From: Eledone cirrhosa
Taxonomy: Eukaryota
Length of the DNA stretch: 64,000 bases
Assembly (NCBI GenBank): GCA_964016885.1
Contig: OZ024740.1
Coordinates: 76,260,001-76,324,000, forward strand
Direction of reading: 5' to 3'
The translations under genes were made by a program, and so were the position numbers. Under the pieces are notes generated by a model, which saw only the letters and a program-made list of their open reading frames with translations, was not told the origin of the DNA and did not search any database. Shown one piece after another: positions 53,810 through 64,000 of this stretch (positions are counted from its first letter, which is position 1; each line of letters starts with the position of its first letter).

Positions 53810-56705
53810 GTTGCCGGCACGAATAGCCTACAGTGAACGGATAAGTAGATTAGTTAAGCAAGAGTTGACGGGAGCCATCGTCAACAATAGATGGTGGTAC
53901 TCTCTCAAGAGAGCAATTAGAGTAGAATCGATAGGGTTTAGCTGAGAATGAGCTTTAGAGAAAAACAAATCAGAAACAGAACTAGTAGCCAAAGTAGAAG
54001 AGGCGCTTAGGAGTGGCAACGCAGCTAGAGTGCTAGCATCGAGAACGGCACTGGACCAGTTCTTCGACGCGAAACACGAAGGCTGCGCGGTCAGAAGTAA
54101 ATCACGTGCTCTAGGAAACGAGGGAGCAAAAGCTGTTACCTGGGCCCGAGTGGCGGAAGCGAAAAGTGGCAACAAGTCCACGATTTTGCCTTTGAAAGAC
54201 CAAAACGGACGTGTGCTACTTGACCCCAGGCAGATGTGCGAGGCCTTTCAGCGGCACTTTGCGCGAATGTTTGAGCAGAACGACGGATGCACCGAATGAG
54301 GCAATGAACTTTGGTTCATACCCTGACGGCCTGCCGCGTCTCTCGAGCATGGGCGCCGAGTTCTGCGAAAGACCGATCACAGCCACTGAGATACAGGACG
54401 CTCTGGGCCGCTGCGGGAAACGCAAATCACCCGGTCTAGATGGTCTACCCTATGAGTTTTACATAGGCATGCCGGACTTGTTCTCTGGCGTCCTCGAAGC
54501 CGTCTACTGCAATTGGCAGCAGAACGGGAGAATTCCCAGTTCTGCAGGCAAGAGCGTAGTAACGCTGATCAGGAAAGACGAGAACAAGGGGGACGAAATA
54601 AACAATTTCAGGCCCATAACACTGCTCAACATAGAGTTAAAGATTTTGGCCAACATACTAGCAACGAGGCTGGCGCTTGTCGTCGACCTGGTAGGGAAAG
54701 CGCAAACGTGTGCAATCCCGACCAGGTCCATACACGACAACCTCCACCTCATGCGATACATCATAGAGAGGATGGGGTGTAAACCCGGCTTCGGTGTGGA
54801 TCTGATCAATTTAGATCAGTCTAAGGCATTGGATAGGGTCGACCATCGATACTTGGAAGCGGTTCTCAAGGCGGCCGGTTCGGTCCCGTTTTCAGAGGCT
54901 GGATCAAGGCGATGCACACCAGCATCTGCTCGAAGGTGAAGGTGAACGGCTACCTATCGGAGCCGTTCGCAATCACGCGTTCCATTCGACAGGGATGCCT
55001 TCTCTCCTCCAATATGTACGTATTGACTCTAGAGCCACTACTGCGGAAGTTGGAACTTTTGCAGAGCATCCCTTTAGAACCAGGACTGCGAAAGGCGGCG
55101 TCGGCTTATGCCGACGACGTGATTGTAATTGTGTCGAAAACCTCGGAAATCAAGGTAATCGGCAACCTACTACAGGAATACGAAAGATTCACAGGAACAA
55201 AACTAAACCCGGACAAGTCTCGGTTTGCAACGCGGAACGTGGAGAGGCAAACCGATACCGTCCGATAGCGTCGTCGGACGCTGGTGAAATTGCTGGGGGT
55301 CTGGTTCGGTCCAAACCTCCAGGTGGAGAAAAACTGGAACGAGGTCATCGCCAAGGTATTTGCACTCACCCAGAAGTGGGCAGAGTGCAAACTGTCTTTG
55401 AAAGGTCGAGCGGAGGTGGCGAACACTTTCATAGCGTCCGTCATCTACTATCGCTTGACTCTCGTGCCTTGTACCCGTGAATACCTCACCGAGATGGAAC
55501 GCATGCTCTTCCAGTTCCTGTGGAAGAAGCAGGCTCCACTGGTGAGGAGATCCGTCTGCTGTCAACACCCTTCCAACGGAGGGCTGGGTATGCCGTGGCT
55601 TGATGCGCATACATGCGCTGAGGCTACGGCATCTTCAGGTATTCTTCACCGACCAACCGGTGTGGGCACCGTTTGTGAGACAGGCCTTCCCACAACTCGT
55701 CTCGCTGACGGAGCTGCAGTCCTGGGTCAAGCGAAAACCGAAGAAGATAGGCGCCTGAAACATTGAATGCGCCCAGGCGCTCACAGTCCTCTGTCAAGCG
55801 GGCACAGCAATCAGTGGAGACTCCACTTCGACATTCTATAGAGGGTTAGTACTTTACAAGTGTGACGACGTGCTCGGGGAGACTCTAGGCGTCGAAGACG
55901 ACGAGCTCACCAGTCTGTTTGGTAGGACTTTCCGCCAGGGACCTATGAACAACTTCCAGAGGTCCCTGGCCTGGCAGTGCTACCGAGGAGCTCTACCCGT
56001 TCGAGATAAGATCTACAGGCACGAACTCTCCGGCAGGGATCCTTCCAAGAGTACGTGTCCAAGATGCGAGCAGGACATTGAAACCGTCTTGCATGCAATT
56101 GTACACTGACCGGGCGTAAGCGACCTGTGGAATTATGCAGAACAACTGCTGTCGCGTATGGGACAAATCCAGTTGACTGCCGAGTCCATAGTAAGTATCA
56201 AACCGCCAGCCTCTTTCAAAAACGAAAGAGAGGCGGTTTTCATCTGTACAGTGGCTATGGTGAAAGAGGTTATATGGTGGACGAGATTGACAGGACTGAG
56301 GACAGCTGCTTTTCTCTCCGGACAACAATTGATTCCCTTCTTTAAGTATCACTTTAGAAGGAGAATCAGGGTGGAGAGAGAGGAATGCACCTAGTAAATT
56401 TACTGAAAGGTGGGTGAATGAAGCGAAAATGGTCCGGGTGATTAGGCCTTCTCTGTTTATAAGCCTGTAGGTTGAAGAAGAGAGCAAAAGGAAGAAGGGA
56501 GCACTTGCACAACACGCTCCTGAAGTTGAGGGTTGTTCTATCAACGGGGTATTAATCAACCCATTTGTGGCGTCTCCCCCCTATTGGGGATTTCGATTGT
56601 TATAATTGTTTGTTTCAATATTTTTACACGACTGTGTGTAAAATCCCCGGCATGTGTCTTTGTATTGTCCCCTTTTCTTGTGCGCCCTTGTGGCAAATAA
56701 AGAAA
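53810..56705 (+). mobile_element. Tx1 copy E6 (B-like), 5'-truncated at the end of the endonuclease domain
   Basis: Starts LPARIAYSERISRLVK; RT with YADD; ORF2 ends at 56470; 3'UTR then (CTAT)n at 56705-56731. Confidence 0.92.
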
Positions 56706-56731
56706 TCTATCTATCTATCTATCTATCTCTC

Positions 56732-59700
56732 TGCCTGACGCGTGGAACATCGCCGGTAAGATTTTTTGTTAATTTATATACGAAAAACAGAACAAATTGT
56801 TTGAAAAAACATATTATTTTGTAGATTAACCCCAAACTTAATTGTCAGCTGGGTGGTAATCCCATTTTTCGCCCCTTTAGGGGCGAACATTTAATTTAAA
56901 AATTGTTTTAAAATATTTTGCCAACTATAAAACATGAATAACACGGAAAGAACGCTGGAGAACGTCGACAGAGAAAAGAGAGAGAAAGAGGCAGATTTTA
57001 ACGCTATATCTGCTTCTGCTACTATGGATGTCGCCATTGATACGACTGTCAACAAAGGGAAAAAAATATTGCCACTTGAAGATTGTACAATTTCTACTGT
57101 CGAAGCGGAGAGAAATGAAAACTCAGGAATTAAACCATTAACATACATACACATGAAAAAGTCAACATCAACAACTCCACAGATACATCTACACATAACG
57201 TTTTACCTCGTCAAGGAACCGAGATTTCTAACACCGAGGCTAACAGCGATAACAACAACAACAGCAACACCACACAAAAAATGTCTTTCACTGAAACGAA
57301 ACAGTGAACAAAAAACAAGATTTTATAAATCTTGACATCTCCAATGCAAGAGATATGCTCCAGCAAGGAAGAAAATTTGTAACTTTCGAAGAGAAAGGTG
57401 GGTTTAGAATTAACTCACCCCTTGAAATAAAAGAAGACGCAGTTCGAAGAACAGTGATCTTAAGGACTGTATTCAATACCACGAGAAAGCCGATATTTGT
57501 TAGTCAAACAGATATAGAAGCTACTTTCAAGGAAATTCTAGCAAATATCGACTTTCTCCAACGAGGAAAACAGTACGGAAGTGTTTCCGTACTGTTTAAA
57601 AGCGAGGCACTCGCCCCAAAACATTCTGTGACACCAATGGTGTCAAAAGCATTCACCTTTTTCCCTACATACATGGGAAAAAGGACACAAAAAATAAAAA
57701 TTAAAAATATAGCCCCAAACATTAACATCTGGTGGATCTTGGCTGGTTTTGTAGAGCCAGAAACTTATATGATTCTTTCGATACGAAAGTCTATTCGACA
57801 AAGGTGGGCGGGTCCTGATTTGGAGATTCTGTTGCAAATGTGGCCGGAGAGAATCTCCAAAATACCCGAAAGAGTCGTCATCGACGACAACAACAACATA
57901 AACATTTCGGTAGAAGGACGAAAAATGCATTGCTTTCGCTGTGGTAGCACAGCACACCTAAAAGCCCCCTGTCCTTCACAAACACACCACAACATCATTA
58001 AAAAAACACTATTACCAACATCGACACCAAAACAACCACCACCACCACCACAAGTACAATGACAGACGAAACGAGCAACCACACCAAAACAAACAGCCAC
58101 TCAACCACCAACAACAGAAAAAACAGAGACAACACTCCTGAAGAACACAGCCCCACCCCATACCACTCCATCAAACACTACCACAAACACACACACCGAA
58201 ACACTACCACCACACAAAATACCCCTACCCCACACTCCTGACGATGATTATTCATCGACGGTTGAAGCTGCTTCTCCTTCTTTAAGTGAAGAAGAGGGAG
58301 AGCCGCGGAAATCTAAAAAACAAAAAAAAGAGACACCACAAACCCCCCAAAACTCCAATCACCAACACCAACACACAATCACAGGCATAAACAACAATAC
58401 AAACAACACCACAGTTAAACAACCCCCTACCAGCAAAACCAACACCAACACCACCCCAAACACAAGCACCCACCATAAAAAGAAAACTCCCGGACGAACA
58501 ACAAACTAAACCAACACAACAAAAACACAAACAACAATACGCATACATCAAAACAAACAACAAGAGTTTGATGGAGGTCATCTCCCAAAACCCCAAGGTG
58601 GAGACGGAGGGCAAAACTTTCGTCAAAGCAGAATCGTCTGCACACCTTAAACTTATAAGAGTTTCTATGGAAACCTATAATGACCTCAAAAATAAATTTT
58701 AACAGGACGTGAGCAACCCCTGCCAGAAACCCATCAACCGCGTTCTGTTAAAATGTTTCCCCACCCCACCCAACACCCCATCCAGCACCCAAATGGAGAT
58801 TTAACAACCCGATCTCCAGCAAACGAAAAGGTAAGTGCACCTTTCGTCCTTTTTCTCCAACTCTTCTTCACCAACATGGCTAGTTTACGAGTTGGAAGCG
58901 CGAATGTGCGTAGCCTAGGGATGCCCTGGAAATAGGGCCAACTTTTAAACGACCTTAGTTCACACGGTATGGATGTGATAGCCATCACCGAGTCCAGGAT
59001 CCACAACAGGCAGCAACTAACCCCCATTTTCGACGACTTTGAGATCTACGTATCTCTCTGTCAGCCAGGATGTGGAGGGGAGTGGCTGTCATGTTTCGGA
59101 AGAACCTGGACGTCAAAGTACAGCAAGTACACTTGGACCCGGAGGGTAGACTGGTAGTCCTAGACGTGAACAGTATTGGAGGTGGAGCCTTCAGACTGGT
59201 GGCCGTTTATGCCTCGACCGGGCAATCGCAATCACGGCCAGACTTCTTTAAGCGTCTAGAGACTTTTCTGTGAACGTCTCGATCCTTACTTTTAGTGGGG
59301 GACTGTAATGGTATACTAGATGCACGATGGGACTATGTGGGAGCATGTCCCAGTAGAGGGGGGTGTAACAGCCTCAAAACTTTAATCGGCCAATTCCAAC
59401 TGGCCGATAGGTATCGACTGGATTTCCCGACTGCACCACAGTGGACGTGGGTAAACCGCAGCGGGACAACTAGATTGTATTTAGATAGGTTCTTCATTAG
59501 AGAAAGGGACAAGGAGATGTTAAGCTGTCTACGAATGCACATGGTTGCCTATTCAGATCACAAATTAGTCGTCTGCTTAGTCAACCGTGATAGAACACAT
59601 AGACAAGGACCCGGATACTGGAAGCTGAACGTGTCGTTGCCGGCACGTAAATCTTACAGTGAACGGATAAGTAGACTAGTCAAGCAACAGTTAACAAGAG

Positions 59701-62478
59701 CCATCGTCAACAATAAATGGTGGTACTCTCTCAAGAAAGCAATTAGAATAGAATCGATAGGGTTTAGCAGAGAGATAGCCTTAGAGAAAAACAAAATAGA
59801 AAGAGAACTAGTAGCCAAGGTAGAGGAGGCACTTAGAAGTGGCAACGCGGCTAGAGAGTTAGCGCCGAGAACGGCACTGGACCAGTTCTTCGATGCGAAA
59901 CACGAAAGCAGCGTGGTCAGAAGCAAAACACGTGCTCTAGGAAACGAAGGAGCGAAAGCTGTCAGCTGGGCCCGAGTGGCGTAGGCGAAAAGTGGCAACA
60001 AGTCCACGATTCGGTCTTTGAAAGACCAAAACAGACGCGTGCTACTTGACCCCAAGCAAATGGGCGTGGCCTTTCAGCAGCACTTTGCGCGACTGTTTGA
60101 GCAGAACGACGGTAAGCCGAACGGGGCAATGGACTTTAGTCCTTACCTCGACGGCCTGCCGCGTCTCTCGAATACGGACGCCGAGTTCTGCGAAAGACCG
60201 ATCAGGGATACTGAGATACGGGCCGATGTGGGAAACGCAAGTCACCCGGTCTAGATGGTCTACCCTATGAGTTTTACATAGGCATGCCGGACTTGTTCTC
60301 TGGCGTCCTCTGCAATTGGCAGCAGAACGGGAGAATTCCCAGTTCTGCAGGCAAGGGCGTAGTAACGCTGACCAGGAAAGACGAGAACAAGGAGGACGAA
60401 ATTAACAACTTCAGGCCCATAACTCTGCTCAACACAGAGTTAAAGATTTTGGCCAAGGTACTAGCGACGAGGTTGGCGCTTGTCGTCGAGAACCTGGCAG
60501 GGAAAGCGCAGACGTTTGCAATCCCGACCAGGTCCATACATGACAACCTCCACCTCATGCGATACATCATAGAGAGGGTGGGTAGTAAACTCGGCTTCAG
60601 TGGGCCTCTGATGAATTTGGATCAGTCTAAGGCATTCGATAGGGTCGACCATCGATACTTGGAAGCGGTTCTCAAGGAGGCCGGTTTCGGTCCCGTTTTC
60701 AGAGGCTGGATCGAGGCGATGTACACCAGCATCTGCTCGAGGGTCAAGGTGAACGGCTACTTATCGGAGCCGTTCGCAATCACGCGTTCCATTCGACAGG
60801 GGTGCCCTCTCTCCTCCATTCTGTACGTATTGACTCTAGAGCCACTACTGCGGATATTGGAGTTGTTGCAGGGCATCCCTCTAGAACCGGGACTGAGAAA
60901 AGCGGCGTCGGTTTATGCCGACGACATGACGGTAATGATGTCGAGCACATCGGAAATCGGGGTGATCGGCAACTTACTGAAAGAATACGAAACGCTGACG
61001 GAAGCAAAACTAAACCCGGACAAGTCTGTCGGTTTGCAACGCGGTACGTGGAGAGGCAAACCGATGACGTCCGACAGCATCGTTGGACGCTGAACGGACG
61101 GACCGGTGAAATTGCTAGGGGTCTGGTTCGGTCCAGACGTCCAGGTGGAGAAAAGCTGGAACGAGGTCACGGCGAAGGTGTTTGCACTCACCCAGAAGTG
61201 GGCCGAGTGCAAACTGGCCTTGAAAGGTCGAGCGGAGGTGGCTAACACTTTCATAGCGTCCGTCATCTACTACCGCTTGACTGTCGTACCTTGACCCCGT
61301 GAACACCTCGCCAAGATGGAACGCATGCTCTTCCAGTTTCTGTGGAAGAAGCAGGCTCCGCTGGTGAGGAGATCCGTCTGCTGTCAGCACCCTTCCAACG
61401 GAGGGCTGGGTATGCCGTGGCTGATGATGCGCAAACATGCGCTGAGGCTGCAGCATCTCCAGGTCTTCCTCACCGACCCCCAACCGGTGTGGGCACCGTT
61501 TGTGAGACAGGCTTTCCCACAGCTCGTCTCGCTGACGGAGCTGCAGTCCTGGGTCAAGAAAAGACCGACAACGATGGGCGCCTGGCACATTGAATGCTCT
61601 CAGGCGCTCACAGTCCTCTGTCAAGCGGGCGCAGCAATCAGTGGAGACTCCACTTCGACATTCTATAGAGGGATTCTACGTTACAAGGGCAACGACGTGC
61701 TCGGAGAGACTCTGGCGTCGAAGACCTTGAGCTCACCAGTCTGTTTGGTAGGACTTTCCGCCCGGGACCTATGGAGCTCTACCGGTTCGTGACAAGATCT
61801 ACAGGCAGGGATCCTTCCAAGAGGACGTGTCCAAGATGCGCGCAGGACATTGAAACAGTCCTGCATGCAATTGTACACTGCCCGGGCGTAAGCGACCTGT
61901 GGAATTATGCAGAACAACTGCTGTCGCGTATGGGACAAATCCAGTTGACTGCCGAGTCCATAGTACGGATCAAACCGCCAGCCTCTTTAGAAAACGAAAG
62001 AGAGGCCGTTTTCCTTTGTACGGTGGCTATGGTGAAAGAAGTTATATAGTGGACGAGATTGACAGGACTGAGGACAAATGCCTTTTTCTCCGGACAAAAA
62101 TTGATTCCCTTCTTTAAGTATCATTTTAGAAGGAGAATCAGAGTGGGGAGAGAGGCACTGCATCCCAGTAAATTTACTGAAAGGTGGGTGACTGAAGTGA
62201 AAATGGCCCGAGTGATTGGGCCTTCTCTGTTTATAAGCCTGTAGGTTGAAGAAGAGAGCAAAAGGAAGAAAGGAGCACTTGCACAACACGCTCCTGGAGT
62301 TGAGGGTTGTTCTATCGACGGTGTATTAAACAACCCATTTGTGACGCCTCCCCCCTATTGGGGATTTCGATTGTTGCAATTGTTTGTTTTTATATTTTTT
62401 ACAAGACTGTATGTAAAATCCCCGGCATGTCTTTGTATTGTCCCCTTTTCTTGTGCGCCCTTGTGGCAAATAAAGCAA
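56732..62478 (+). mobile_element. Tx1 copy E7 (subfamily B), full-length, decayed
   Basis: 5'UTR homologous to E2; ORF1 56934-58834 (CFRCGSTAHLKAPC); ORF2 58876-62244 in fragments; ends AATAAAGCAAT then CTAT repeat. Confidence 0.92.
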
Positions 62479-62745
62479 TCTATCTATCTATTACCTGTCC
62501 CTCTATATCTCTATCTATCTATCTCGGTGCCGACTCACTGATGTATGAAACATAGTTGTTATTGGTATTATTGCGCTTCGTTTATATGTTGGCTAATATT
62601 AATATTGATTCAAACAAATGTAAAATGCCATACGCGATGGTCGTACGGGGATTCCAGTGACCTCACATTGATAGTTATAATGAAAGAATGAGTAAATTAA
62701 ATATATTTTACTGCACACCCCATCATCTTTACATGTACAATGATA

Positions 62746-62783
<38 letters not shown>

Positions 62784-62785
<2 letters not shown>

Positions 62786-62835
62786 ACAATTAAGGAGCAG
62801 TATTATAGATATATAATACTGCTCCTTAATTGTAG
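62784..62835. repeat. Palindrome, 24-bp arms with GATA loop
   Basis: CTACAATTAAGGAGCAGTATTATA-GATA-TATAATACTGCTCCTTAATTGTAG. Confidence 0.85.
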
Positions 62836-63364
62836 AGCTAATTCTGTTGAAGGGAATTGACTGCTATTTCTAGTTGTCGAATACCTATTCACGCCACTGA
62901 AACGAAGCCGCTGTGCTGTCTAATATCAACACGTGGTAGCGGCCAGTTTAAGATTTTGACTCGAAGTGTAAACATGGATCGCTTAATATTGTTCTTCCTT
63001 GTTGATAATCCAATAATATCCACTTTCCGTGACTTACCATCTGATTAATTGGTGAAATATATTTCTTTAACGAAATATATACAGGGAAGATTAATCATTA
63101 AAAGGTATATATTTTTGAAGTTCTAGTTAACTTTATTTATTTGTTACCTACTAGCCATGCGTGGTTACACGCTTGTAAAAATTATCTCCCGTGATTTTTC
63201 ATGTTTATATTTATTTATATATATGTTGATCAATTCCTAGTTATTAAAATGCTCGTACTTACAAAGTCCTAGAGCTTATTTTCCGGGCGATATGGCGCAT
63301 TCCGTTAAGGAATGACACCCATAATTTCGATTCTGATTGAATTCTTTTAATCTATCTTAATTTT

Positions 63365-63420
<56 letters not shown>

Positions 63421-63489
63421 GGGACGATTGGAGAAAGCGTGCTGAATCTTTGCGAGTGTAACCTCGGCCGAAAAAGAAGATATATATAT

Positions 63490-63657
63490 AATTGTTTCTA
63501 CTTTTGGCACAAGGCCAGCAATTATTCCAGTGCATTACTGGTACTTTATTTTATCGACCTCGTAAGGATGAAAGGCAAAGTTCACCTCGGCAGGATTTGA
63601 ACTGAGACCATAAAGGGTCATAACTCTATACTGGAAAGCATGGCGTCCGACCCTCTA
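63490..63657 (-). mobile_element. SINE family 1 copy, head truncated
   Basis: Reverse complement similar to 16674-16862. Confidence 0.78.
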
Positions 63658-64000
63658 TAATATAGAAATGTCTTCTACAGGACTAGAACTGTTTCATTCG
63701 TAGGAAATCACATATAAAATATAATATAGAAAGGTTTCGAAACAGTTCTAGTGCTGTTGATGTCATTTCTATATTAAATTTTGTATATACTCTACTAATG
63801 TGTTGAATACCTTACTTCTGTGGTTACTCCCGATTGAACCCGGGACTCATATATATATATATATATATATTCTGAGAATTTGGTCAGAGGTAAATAATGT
63901 AATGGAGATCGAGTGACGCAACGTCGAGCGATTAGTGACCTCCCTCTAGACTCACCTGATCAATGAAACAATTGTTAATACCTGAAATAAAGCCCCTTGT

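Overview
Eukaryotic, gene-poor, repeat-dense DNA. The SINE types and microsatellite load resemble a coleoid cephalopod such as Octopus (inference). No host protein-coding or RNA gene is supported. About 36 kb of the 64 kb consists of 12 copies (full-length, 5'-truncated or fragmentary) of one L1/Tx1-clade non-LTR retrotransposon group with at least three subfamilies (A, B, C). They form three head-to-tail stacks: 1-15136 on the minus strand, and 24134-31050 and 48241-62478 on the plus strand. Every visible 3' end runs AATAAA-(G)AAA(T) straight into (TATC)n with no poly(A), so the group appears to target the GATA/TATC microsatellite. One copy (9334-15136) is nearly intact. Two unexplained signals are conserved across subfamilies. 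First, the ORF1 stop codon sits inside a consensus splice donor (AG|GTRAGT) whose first downstream AG would fuse ORF1 to ORF2 in frame. Second, another GTAAG donor lies about 20-45 nt inside each intact 5' end. The window also holds a Penelope-like RT/GIY-YIG element with hammerhead ribozyme cores, two mariner remnants, RTE, R4/Dong-like and RNase-H LINE remnants, tRNA-derived SINEs, MITE-like inverted repeats and near-perfect palindromes.
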